A stretch of 24,000 bases of DNA from Kistimonas sp. bin40 (GCA_002238585.1 MPMQ01000001.1:117771-141770), one strand, 5' to 3'; counted from the stretch's first letter, positions 9,829-18,303 are shown. Notes: generated by a model not told the origin, from the sequence alone. A program made the numbers and translations.

Positions 9829-10965
9829 GCTGTTATGGCAGCCTGGCGGGCTCGTGTGGGGGGCGTGACAGGCCCTCTGGCACAGACGCCGTGACGCAGT
9901 ACAGCCTCATGAGCTGGTCAAAGTTCGGAGTGCGCTGCCTCCATGCTCACGGCATCACCAATGAAAGCCGCCCCTTGGGTGTGAGATGTCCCCTTGGCAC
10001 TCCGGTGTTCTACACGCGCTGACCATAGCTGACTGGCGGTTGTCGTGTGGTTTTTCGTCACAGGGTGCCTTGGAAAAGACGCTGTGACGCAGTACAGCCT
10101 CATGAGCTGGTCAAAGTTCGGAGTGCGCTGCCTCCATACTCACGGCATCACCAATGAAAGCCGCCCCTTGGGTGTGAGATGTTTGCTTGGCACTCCGGTG
10201 TTCTACACGCGCTGACCATAGCTGACTGGCGGTTGTCGTGTGGTTTTTCGTCACAGGGTGCCTTGGGAAAAACGCTGTGATGCAGTACAGCCTCATGAGC
10301 TGGTCAAGGTCCAGAGTACGTTGCCCCACATGCTCGTGGCATCACAAATGAAAACCGCCCCTTGGGGGTGTGAAATGTTTCCCTTGGTACTCCACTGCTC
10401 TACGTGCCCTGAGCTGTTGTGGCTGACTGGCGGGCACGAGTAAGTTTTCGTTACAGGGCACTCTGGAGAAGACGGCGTGACATAGTGCTGGATCAAGGCT
10501 CAGAGTGCGTTGCCTCAACGTGTATGGCCTCACAAATGAAAGCCGCTCCTTGGGCGTGAGGTTTTTCCCTTGGAGCTCCGCTGCTCTACGTGCGCTGAAC
10601 ATGGCGGACTGGCGGTTGTCGTGTGGTTGTCGTGTGGTTGTTCGGTGCGGGGCACCCTGGAAAGGGCGCCTTGGTTGAGTACAACCCTCCAGCTGAATCA
10701 AGGTGCAAAATAGATCACCTTGCATGTTCGCGGCCTCATAAATGAAAGCCGCCCTTTGGGAGTGAGGTGTTTCCCCAGGAACTCCGTTTTTCTACGTGCG
10801 CTGAGCATGGCTGACTGGCGGTTGTCGTGTGGTTTTTCGTTGCGGGGACCCTGGAAAGGACGCTTTGGTTGAGTACAGCCCAACAGCTGAATCAAGGTTC
10901 AAAATAGACCACCTGCATGTTCGCGGTCTCATAAATGAAAGCCGCCACTTGGGTGTGAGATGTGT
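9810..10965 (+). repeat. Degenerate tandem array (~185-205-bp unit, ~6 copies) beginning inside the last codons of obg
   Basis: The marker GTGACGCAGTACAGCCTCATGAGCTGG occurs at 9891, 10084 and 10277 (period 193). More diverged copies follow to ~10965. Unit starts at ~10004, 10197, 10394, 10579 and 10784 resemble the obg terminus GGTGCTCTATGTGCCCTGAGCTGTT at 9810. Confidence 0.9.
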
Positions 10966-11482
10966 CTCTTTTCTCAATGAAAAGAGTGGGTGGCGGTATA
11001 AAAAGGCGATGCAATTGTGCAAGTTACGTGATTAGTAGGCTTCGGGGGGTAGAAGCCGCACCATAGCTGGTTAATCCTGAGCCATTGCACCCGAGGCTCA
11101 AGTGGAGTTATGTGACGATAAAAAGTTGCTTCAGAAAACGGGGCGTTTTTTATCAAAATTCATCAGCGAGCGGGGCGGCTCGAGCGGAGTTCGTACTCTT
11201 CGGAGGGGCGGGCCCCACTCCAGCTCGGACGGGCATAAACAGGATTTCAAACTGCATTTCTGTCTGCCAGGCGAGCCCGGGCGGGCCGACAGCTTGTTGA
11301 AAACTGTTTTTCAGCCTTGACCCTGTTGCCCTTGGCTGTAACAATCCGGCAGCCTTGGCGCGTGGCTTGAGTGGAACTGTCAAGTTCTACGGTAAGCTGT
11401 CCGCCCCGGGATGACCGGGGAACGGGCCTGGGCTCTTTTAACATAAAGTTTTTTCACCTGCCAACTTGGAGGAAATATCCAG

Positions 11483-11752
11483 ATGGCCAACTCTCCTTCT
11501 GCCAGAAAGCGTGCCCGCACACAGGAAAAGCGGCGGAAACACAATGTCAGCCAACGCTCTATGGTTCGCACTTACATAAAGAAAGTTCTGGCTGCTGTTG
11601 CCACCGGCAATGCTGAGGAAGCCCGCACAGCCTATGCTGCGGCAGTACCCGTGGTGGATCGCATGGCTGACAAGGGCCTGATTCACAAGAACAAGGCTGC
11701 ACGCCACAAGAGCCGACTCAATGCACGTGTCAAGGCGTTGGCTACGGCCTGA
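11483..11752 (+). CDS. rpsT: 30S ribosomal protein S20
   Basis: [35 protein letters not shown]... is canonical S20. SD GGAGG lies upstream. Confidence 0.95.
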   Translation: MANSPSARKRARTQEKRRKHNVSQRSMVRTYIKKVLAAVATGNAEEARTAYAAAVPVVDRMADKGLIHKNKAARHKSRLNARVKALATA

Positions 11753-11795
11753 TACGACCTGATACGGCCTGAGTAGCCTGCATCCTGTTGTCTCC

Positions 11796-11975
11796 TGGTG
11801 GTGCCCCGCGTGCGCACCGAAGCGAAGATGGGAAAGTTACGGATGCTGAGGCTGGTTGGTGGTGCTTGGGCTCGCGTCGGAGCGAGGACAAAAAAGTCGT
11901 GAATGCTGGGGCAGATTGATGGTGCCTGGCTGCGCTCCGGGGCTGTAGAGCCATCCGGCACGCCCTCTGTGAACC
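11796..11975 (+). repeat. Degenerate ~60-bp tandem repeat (about 3 copies) downstream of rpsT
   Basis: TGGTGGTGC / TGGTGGTGC / TGATGGTGC unit starts at 11796, 11857 and 11917, with shared ...GCG..CGGAGCGA...GATGCTG.GGC... blocks. Divergence is high. Confidence 0.5.
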
Positions 11976-12275
11976 AGCGTGGTCCGTACCCCCTTGCAGG
12001 AAACGGGGATGCAATGTCGTTGCTATACTCCCCCGTTCTGTGAGCGTGCTGGACGTCAGTTCCCTCAGTTCCCTGTGGAGCTGGTGGGGTTGCTCTGTGG
12101 TGAGGAAAGCAGAGAGAGGGGATGAAAGCGCAATCTGACGAGCAGCACTGCGGAGCCTGTTGATCGAGGGAGGACAAGCTTTACTCGCGCTATAAAGAAT
12201 AACGACCTGCTCCCGTTCTTTTGTTTCAGAGGGCGGCTATAGGCTGCAGGCTCGCCAAGGGATAGTGCCCAGACC

Positions 12276-12335
12276 CAGAATATCCAGGGGCAGAATATCC
12301 AGGGGCAGAATATCCAGGGGCAGAATATCCAGAGA
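12276..12335. repeat. 15-bp tandem repeat CAGAATATCCAGGGG x4
   Basis: Units at 12276, 12291, 12306 and 12321 (the last imperfect), flanked on both sides by GATAGTGCCC. Confidence 0.9.
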
Positions 12336-12340
12336 TAGTG

Positions 12341-12366
12341 CCCGGGATACCCGGGATACCCGGAAT
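12341..12366. repeat. 9-bp tandem repeat CCCGGGATA x2.5
   Basis: The sequence CCCGGGATACCCGGGATACCCGGA, read directly. Confidence 0.75.
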
Positions 12367-12526
12367 AAATAATAGTGCCCAGCATAAAGGGAACCCCGGG
12401 CATGTCGCTGACCGCAGCAGTCAGCGTGTGAGCTTTCACAGCTGGATGGCCGCGCGCAGACCAGGTGGTGTAGTCCGCTGGGTCGTCTGTGCGGCACTGG
12501 AAAGATGCAGCCCCGACCAGGAAGCG

Positions 12527-12589
12527 GCATACAGCGCATACAGCGCATACAGCGCATACAGCGCATACAGCGCATACAGCGCATACAGG
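12527..12589. repeat. 9-bp tandem repeat GCATACAGC x7
   Basis: Seven head-to-tail units from 12527 (the last is GCATACAGG), about 100 bp upstream of the small membrane-protein gene. Confidence 0.95.
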
Positions 12590-12687
12590 TGGCCGCTATG
12601 TGAGGACAATTCACCGGGGCCTGGCTCAGTGCCTTGCTGTGACAGGCATGTACGTACTCTCACCGTTATGTCCAGGAGATCTGAGTA

Positions 12688-12888
12688 GTGGATGCTATGG
12701 AATTTGAGCACTTGATGCTGAGTATTCTTTTGCCGACCCTGATCATTGCTATGGGGTTCATCGTCTGGGACATTGCGCGTCGCAGCAAAGCCGGTCGATT
12801 TGGGACATGGATTCTGTTTGGCACTCTGGGGCTGGGTGTTCTGGGTTTTGTGATCAAGGAGCTGATAGCTCTCAGCCTGAAGGTGTAG
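12688..12888 (+). CDS. Small 2-TM membrane protein (DUF2788-like by recollection)
   Basis: 66 aa with a GTG start and AGGAG 9 nt upstream (alternative ATG at 12697). Two hydrophobic helices. About 50% identical by eye to the N-terminal module of the 4854..6479 product (MGFIVWDIARRSKAGRFG...LGLGVLGFV vs MGFILWDTIRRRNSGRLA...LGLGALGFV), which supports it as a real gene. Confidence 0.65.
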   Translation: MDAMEFEHLMLSILLPTLIIAMGFIVWDIARRSKAGRFGTWILFGTLGLGVLGFVIKELIALSLKV

Positions 12889-13344
12889 GGGCGGTCCTCG
12901 TGCCAGGAAGCAGGATCTGACGGGAATGGGGGCACAGCAGGCTCTCTTAAGGTCAGGGTGCTTTGTCTCGTGCAGTCCTGTTCGGGATGTATTCCCTGTG
13001 GCCCTGTGCCAACCCCATCCTGTTTGTGTTGCCGGAGCGCGGCGCGAGCTTTTCGCAGCAAGAGAGGGGCATGTCCGTTCAGTGTGAAAAAGCAGCAGAA
13101 TAGTCAGGCTGTTGCCGTGCTCCATAGCACATGCCCCATGCCCCATGCTGGAGCGGGGACTGTGTAAAGTGAGTGCCTGGCAGAGCCGGGCAATCATGTG
13201 GGCAGCTCCCTTTGTGACAAGGTGTCCTTGGAGGGATGCGTCTTCAAGCAGATCTTTTTCGAAGCGGTGCGCTTGGATTGAGATCCCAACTTGCTGTTCT
13301 AACTGATGTTCCAGGCGGGTCTTATGCTGCGCCGCCATGCGTGC

Positions 13345-14128
13345 GGCCTCGCATTCATTCGTTACCCTTCCGTTTCCTGCTCCGTCACTCCCGCGCCCTT
13401 CTCGTGATTCCTCGCTCCTTATCCTTCCCGCGCCTCCCGTCATTCCCGCGAAGGCGGGAATCCATACTGTACCTCCGTCCTTACAGCTCCACCTTCATTG
13501 GTACTCCCCCTTCGCCCCCTGTCATTCCTGCGCTCCCCGTCATTCCTGCGCTCCCCGTCATTCCCGCGCCCTTCTCGTGATTCCTCGCTCCTTATCCTTC
13601 CCGCGCCTCCCGTCATTCCCGCGAAGGCGGGAATCCATACTGTACCTCCGTCCTTACAGCTCCACCTTCATTGGTACTCCCCCCTCGCCCCCTGTCATTC
13701 CTGCGCTCCCCGTCATTCCCGCGCCCTTCTCGTGATTCCTCGCTCCTTATCCTTCCCGCGCCCCCCGTCATTCCCGCGAAGGCGGAAATCCATACTGTAC
13801 CTCCGTCCTTACAGCTCCACCTTCATTGGTACTCCCCCTTCGCCCCCTGTCATTCCTGCGCTCCCCGTCACTCCCGCGCCCTTCTCGTTATTCCTCGCTC
13901 CTCATCATTCCCGCGAAGGCGGAAATCCATACTGTACCTCCGTCCTTACAGCTCCACCTTCATTGGTACTCCCCCTCCGCCCCCTGTCATTCCTGCGCTC
14001 TCCGTCATTTCCGCGAAGGCGGGAATCCATACTGCACCTCCGTCCGTACAGCCTCACCTTCATTCGTCATCCCTTGCGCTCCCCGTCGTTTCTGCGTCTC
14101 CCGTCATTCCCGCGAAGGTTGGAATTGA
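13345..14128. repeat. Mosaic tandem-repeat region built around a 20-bp palindrome ATTCCCGCGAAGGCGGGAAT
   Basis: Palindrome copies are at 13442, 13615, 13770, 13907, 14007 and 14106 (spacings 173, 155, 137, 100, 99 bp). They are interleaved with reused modules (TACCTCCGTCCTTACAGCTCCACCTTCATTGGTACTCCCCC; 15-bp CCGTCATTCCTGCGCTC sub-repeats; CGCGCCCTTCTCGTGATTCCTCGCTCCTTATCCTTCC). Confidence 0.92.
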
Positions 14129-14748
14129 CCTGGTGCGCGGCAAGCCCCGTCCTTCAGGGCGGGGAAGGATAGCGCGCCTAATCTCACTGGCATTATTCGT
14201 AGACCTGACGTATGCCCCATGGCTCAAGGGCGGGACACGCCCGGCTCGCCCGTGAAGTGAGCGGTGAGGTAATGCCGCCAGCAGCAGGAACCCGCCGAAG
14301 CGACTCACAGGCGGCAGCGTGAAGCTGTCACCTGTGAGCGCAGCAGGAATCCCCGTCCTTCAGGGCGGAGAGGATGTCAACCACTTGATAGCCATCTGTC
14401 TTCGGCGGGGCTTGTCTTCAAGGTGACTTGTTTGACCGAGACGCGCCTGGATTGAGAACTCAGCTGCCGTTCTACTCGGCTCAACAGTTTCGGGCATTCA
14501 AATGACAGGATGTGTTCGGTGCAAGGAAAGCTGGCGCAGAGTGAGCCAGCACAACTGAATACAATCGCGAGGAGCCGGCTTCTGATGGCGGATTGCTCCC
14601 TCTGGTGCACTGTAAAAGCTCAAAGCCGTCGGACCCTGCTGGATGTCTTCCCGGAAAACGGTGAGGCAAAGACGCCCCGGGCCAGTGTTGCCTGGGCGCA
14701 TTTCGAGGCAGAACTGTGCACCGCAAGCGCGATGCCCAGTCCCCGTCC

Positions 14749-15582
14749 TTACACTGCGACGGGCGCCTTTATCGCCGCATGGGACTGATAGTCCTGCAGC
14801 GTGAAATCGGCAGCAGTAAAGTCGAGCAGCTCGTGTATTGCCGGGTTAAGTTCCATCCGTGGCAGTGGCAGGGGAGTGCGCGACAGTTGCTCCCGCGCTT
14901 GCTCCATGTGATTACTGTACAGATGCGTGTCGCCCAGACTGTGCACCAGCTCTCCCGGTTGCAGCTTGCAGACCTGCGCCAGCATCAGCGTCAAGAGCGC
15001 ATAGCTGGCGATGTTGAAAGGCAACCCCAGAAACACATCTGCGCTGCGTTGATACAACTGGCAGGACAACCGCCCTTCGGCCACATAAAACTGAAACAGG
15101 CAGTGACAGGGGGCCAGCGCCTGACGTCCCCGGGCCGCATTTTCCTGTGGGCTGAGAGCCGGGTCCGGAAGGACCGTCGGATTCCAGGAGGAAACGACCA
15201 GGCGACGCGAATCAGGCTGGGTCCTGATGTTGTGCACCAGCTCTGTTATCTGGTCGACCATGGTGCCTTCCGGTCCCTCCCAATGACGCCACTGGGTGCC
15301 GTAGACGGGGCCCAGGTCGCCCTCCTGTGTTGCCCACTCATTCCAGATAGAAACCCCCTGTTCACGCAGACTGGTGATATTGGTCTCGCCACGCAGGAAC
15401 CAGAGCAACTCGTGAATAATCGAGCGCAGATGACAGCGCTTGGTCGTCACCAGCGGAAACCCCTGAGCCAGATCAAATCGCATCTGGTAACCGAAAATGC
15501 TCCGGGTACCCGTTCCTGTTCGATCGTTCTTGTCTACGCCCCGATCCATGACCTGGCGCATCAGTTCCAGATACTGTTTCAT
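14749..15582 (-). CDS. thyA: Thymidylate synthase ThyA
   Basis: [38 protein letters not shown]... with active-site block [12 protein letters not shown] and a C-terminal ...[13 protein letters not shown] at 15582 overlaps the lgt stop (TGATG). Confidence 0.96.
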   Translation of the reverse strand: MKQYLELMRQVMDRGVDKNDRTGTGTRSIFGYQMRFDLAQGFPLVTTKRCHLRSIIHELLWFLRGETNITSLREQGVSIWNEWATQEGDLGPVYGTQWRHWEGPEGTMVDQITELVHNIRTQPDSRRLVVSSWNPTVLPDPALSPQENAARGRQALAPCHCLFQFYVAEGRLSCQLYQRSADVFLGLPFNIASYALLTLMLAQVCKLQPGELVHSLGDTHLYSNHMEQAREQLSRTPLPLPRMELNPAIHELLDFTAADFTLQDYQSHAAIKAPVAV

Positions 15583-16406
15583 CAATTGGGTCCCTGAGTT
15601 CGTGAGCGGGAAAAGCTGTGGTTAACGGCAGGTCTTGTGTAACTGCGCACCAGCATTACCAGCCCCACCAGCACCATGGGCAAGCTCAGCAGCTGACCCA
15701 TGGTCAGCCCGCCGATCAGATAACCCAGTTGTGGATCAGGCTGGCGGAACAGCTCAACCACTGTGCGCAACAGACCGTAGGTGACCAGGAAAAAGCCGGA
15801 TACTGCCATTTCCGGACGCTGGCGGCGTGAAAAAAGCCAGACAGCCGCAAAGAGCACTACCCCTTCGGCAAAGAATTGATACAGCTGGGAAGGGTGGCGT
15901 GGCAGCTGCAAGGGATCGCCCGGAAACACCATGGCCCAGGGCACATCGCTGGCCCGTCCCCAGAGCTCACCGCCGATAAAGTTGCCGATGCGCCCGGCAC
16001 CGAGTCCAAAAGGTACCAGGGGCGCGATAAAATCGGTCATCTGAAAGAACGACTTTCCCTGACGACGGGCATAGAGGCCCGTAGAGACCAGCACCCCCAA
16101 AAGACCACCGTGGAAGGACATGCCTCCTTGGTCAATGCGCAGCAGCCACAGAGGGTCCTGCAAAAATTGCGGCAGATTATAAAAAAACACATAGCCGAGG
16201 CGGCCACCGAGCACAACGCCCAGCGCACCAAAAAAAATAAGATCTGCCAACTGATCCTCTGTCCAGACGGCGTCCGGGCGCTTGCAGGCTGCACGCCCCA
16301 GCACCCAGGCACCACAAAAGCCCAGCACATACATAAGGCCGTACCAGTGCAGCTGGACAGGCCCGACAGAAAGGATGATGGGATCAATATGCGGGTAGGC
16401 AATCAC
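15582..16406 (-). CDS. lgt: Prolipoprotein diacylglyceryl transferase Lgt
   Basis: Track ORF 15582..16838 is over-extended. Lgt similarity starts at GTG 16406 ([30 protein letters not shown]; cf. E. coli [24 protein letters not shown]) and includes [20 protein letters not shown] and HPSQLY. A GTGA overlap joins it to the upstream gene's stop. The lgt-thyA order matches E. coli. Confidence 0.92.
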   Translation of the reverse strand: MIAYPHIDPIILSVGPVQLHWYGLMYVLGFCGAWVLGRAACKRPDAVWTEDQLADLIFFGALGVVLGGRLGYVFFYNLPQFLQDPLWLLRIDQGGMSFHGGLLGVLVSTGLYARRQGKSFFQMTDFIAPLVPFGLGAGRIGNFIGGELWGRASDVPWAMVFPGDPLQLPRHPSQLYQFFAEGVVLFAAVWLFSRRQRPEMAVSGFFLVTYGLLRTVVELFRQPDPQLGYLIGGLTMGQLLSLPMVLVGLVMLVRSYTRPAVNHSFSRSRTQGPN

Positions 16407-17257
16407 CTGTGCACCTCGTAACCTGGTTCTGTATCCGGCATGTAGATGCCTGCAAGAAACGTCAGTCCCACGCCGAACAGGAGAGCGATAAACAGAAACC
16501 GCAGGACGGGGAGAGGACAGCGATGCGCCAGCCAGGCGCCGAGTCTGGCGCAGGGCGTGCTCATCAGGGTCACTCCGAAAAACGCCGGCCAGTATATCAG
16601 TCCTGCCGGGAGCGGGAACAGCCCGGTGCCCATGCAGCCGCCAGCGTATTTTGCCTGCAGAATATGGGTGACAGTCGCCAGCAGCGCCACCGGTAACACG
16701 CAGGCTGCCGCAGTACCAACAGCCTGGCGTATAGAGACGCCCATTCGACTGAGAAAAGGGACCATCATCATGCCACCGCCCACACCCAGAACGGCAGAAA
16801 GGCAGCCAATAATGGCACCGCCCACACGCAGTATCCATGCAGAAGGGGGGGGGCGGGGGAGAGCGGTACTGCCTTTGCCATAGCCACCGGTGGCAAGGGA
16901 CAGGCCGAAGACAATGGCGGCACCGCCAAACAGCGCCTGCAGCGTGGAGGCATGCAAGCGTACCGTGATCAGGGCACCCAGCGCGGATCCCAGCATGACG
17001 GCGGGCGCCAGCTGGCGAAACAGAGCCCAGCTCAGGGTCTTGCCGCGCTGGTGTCCCAGGATAGAGCTGATGGCTGTAGGAATCATGCAGGCCAGGGAGG
17101 TGCCCACGGCCAGGTGTGTTGCCGTGTCAGGCGACAAGCCCTTCAGGGAAAATTGAAGCACCAGAGTGGGCACCACGACAAGGCCGCCGCCGATTCCGAA
17201 CAGGCCTGCCAGAATGCCTACCACAGCACCTGCTGCCAGATAACTTGCAAATTCCAC
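16403..17257 (-). CDS. TauE/SafE (TSUP, DUF81) family membrane transporter
   Basis: Polytopic membrane protein with the duplicated glycine-rich motifs LFGIGGGLVVVP and VLGVGGGMMMVP. The start is uncertain: GTG 17257 is preferred because the track start at 17404 would translate a 13-bp (non-triplet) repeat. TTG 17266 is an alternative. Confidence 0.8.
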   Translation of the reverse strand: MEFASYLAAGAVVGILAGLFGIGGGLVVVPTLVLQFSLKGLSPDTATHLAVGTSLACMIPTAISSILGHQRGKTLSWALFRQLAPAVMLGSALGALITVRLHASTLQALFGGAAIVFGLSLATGGYGKGSTALPRPPPSAWILRVGGAIIGCLSAVLGVGGGMMMVPFLSRMGVSIRQAVGTAAACVLPVALLATVTHILQAKYAGGCMGTGLFPLPAGLIYWPAFFGVTLMSTPCARLGAWLAHRCPLPVLRFLFIALLFGVGLTFLAGIYMPDTEPGYEVHR

Positions 17258-17360
17258 CCTGGTCAAATCATCCTGTTGCGCTGTAGAGTGTGTTCGCCGA
17301 CCTGAGCTGGAGGCTGCAGGTTGTGACCGCACAATACAGCCGCCATGCCCGCTGCCATCC

Positions 17361-17420
17361 GCCACTGACAACTGCCACTGACAACTGCCACTGACAATTG
17401 CCAACCGTCACTGACAAACA
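17361..17420. repeat. 13-bp direct repeat GCCACTGACAACT x3 plus a degenerate fourth copy
   Basis: Units at 17361, 17374 and 17387, then GCCAACCGTCACTGACAAAC. It lies in the divergent intergenic region between the TauE-like gene and the NRDE gene, ending 14 nt before ATG 17435. Confidence 0.85.
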
Positions 17421-17434
17421 AGGAGTACAGAACC

Positions 17435-18223
17435 ATGTGCCTGATCGCCTTTCGCTGGGATCCTGCAAGCGAGCATCCGCTGATCATGGGGGCGAACCGC
17501 GATGAATTCTATCAGCGCCCTGCCCAAAAAGCCCACTTCTGGCACGATCATCCTGAGTTGTTCGGGGGAAGGGATCTCCAGGCAGGGGGCACCTGGCTGG
17601 CCATCAGCACCCGCGGACGCCTGGCAGCGCTGACCAACTACCGGGAGCCGGGTAGTGGCGGTGAACGCTCGCGTGGCGAACTGGTGCACCATTTTCTGAT
17701 CGGGCACATGTCTGCCGCTGACTATCTGCAGGAGCTTGAGTCTTGTCAGCAGTTGTATGCGGGCTTCAATCTGCTGCTGGGTGATGCTTCCGGGCTCTGG
17801 TATTTTTCGAATCGTGCAGCGCACATACGTTCCTTGTCGCCAGGTGTGTATGGGCTATGTAACGGCTTGCTGGATACGCCCTGGCCCAAGCTGGTGTCTC
17901 TGAAGAAAGCCCTGCACCACACACTGGATGCCGGCCTGAGCGTCCCGGAGGATATTCTTCCCTTGTTGCACGACAGTGCATGTCCGGAGATCGATGATCT
18001 GCCGGATACAGGTGTGGGTCTGGAGCGGGAAAAAATGCTGGCTCCCTGTTTCATTCGTTCCTCCCACTACGGCACCCGTAATTGTCTGGGCCTGATGATT
18101 GGTGCGCAAGGCCATGTGCACTGGTACGAGCAATACTACGGACCGCAAGGACAGGCAGAAGGACAAATCCGGCAGCAGCTGTCTATCGCGCCGGTCTGGC
18201 CAAGGGGGCCGGAGCTTTCATAG
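17435..18223 (+). CDS. NRDE-family protein (DUF833 / TANGO2-like)
   Basis: MCLIAFRW... N-terminal Cys, the eponymous motif GANRDEFYQRP, and GGTWLAIS. SD AAGGAG lies 8 nt upstream. Confidence 0.85.
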   Translation: MCLIAFRWDPASEHPLIMGANRDEFYQRPAQKAHFWHDHPELFGGRDLQAGGTWLAISTRGRLAALTNYREPGSGGERSRGELVHHFLIGHMSAADYLQELESCQQLYAGFNLLLGDASGLWYFSNRAAHIRSLSPGVYGLCNGLLDTPWPKLVSLKKALHHTLDAGLSVPEDILPLLHDSACPEIDDLPDTGVGLEREKMLAPCFIRSSHYGTRNCLGLMIGAQGHVHWYEQYYGPQGQAEGQIRQQLSIAPVWPRGPELS

Positions 18224-18303
18224 GGCGAACTTTTCGTTGTGACAAGGGTCCACATCTTCATGGAGGTGTTTTACGGATCTGGAATGACAACGGAGGTGCG
18301 TCA

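Noticed and set aside
10966-11482. Possible tRNA, tmRNA, 6S, SRP or RNase P RNA gene in the long spacer before rpsT (also considered for 14129-14748)
   Set aside because: I could find no T-loop GTTCGAATC context with matching acceptor stems, no tmRNA ends or tag reading frame, and no RNase P GGAAAGTCCGGGC motif. Only generic hairpins are present. An Rfam scan would be needed to be sure.
12436-13443. 335-aa minus-strand ORF
   Set aside because: It runs antisense across the better-supported small membrane-protein gene (12688..12888) and through the 9-bp microsatellite (giving LYALYALYALY). I saw no recognisable motif. The N-terminal ~60 aa (MAAQHKTRLEHQLEQQ...) look helical, so a small gene or gene remnant at ~13150-13338 cannot be fully excluded.
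7616-14128. CRISPR arrays as an explanation for the regularly spaced repeats
   Set aside because: Units are contiguous head-to-tail with no unique spacers. Unit sizes (153, ~193, 100-173 bp) are far from the 24-48-bp CRISPR repeats, and no cas genes are present.
13236-14255. Five overlapping plus-strand ORFs (114-224 aa) rich in SFPRRRESI, VIPAKAGIH and PLSFLRSPSF
   Set aside because: They are translations, in all three frames, of the palindrome-based mosaic repeat. They are mutually overlapping and low-complexity. The recurring peptides are the palindrome itself read in different frames.
14133-14748. ORF-less group II intron (sequence begins GTGCG at 14133, ~600 nt long, downstream of a hairpin)
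   Set aside because: I looked on both strands for a domain V-like 34-nt helix (AGC triad, GNRA loop, CGGTTC-type closing strand) and found none. The candidate GAGCCGAGTAGAAC...GAGTTCTC at ~14450-14482 does not fold appropriately.
14716-15597. 293-aa plus-strand ORF
   Set aside because: It is antisense to thyA, whose minus-strand product is unmistakable.
16407-16838. N-terminal 144-aa extension of the lgt ORF in the track (start 16838)
   Set aside because: The extension overlaps the TauE-like gene in another frame and has no Lgt similarity. Lgt homology begins exactly at GTG 16406, which forms a GTGA start/stop overlap with the upstream gene.
18082-18303. Upstream extensions of the secreted-protein ORFs in the track (18082, 19603 and 20462 starts)
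   Set aside because: The extensions overlap the preceding gene or lack an SD, and they would bury the signal peptide internally. The downstream starts (18304, 19747, 20633) have SD-like sequences, or in the case of 20633 align with the paralogue N-terminus.
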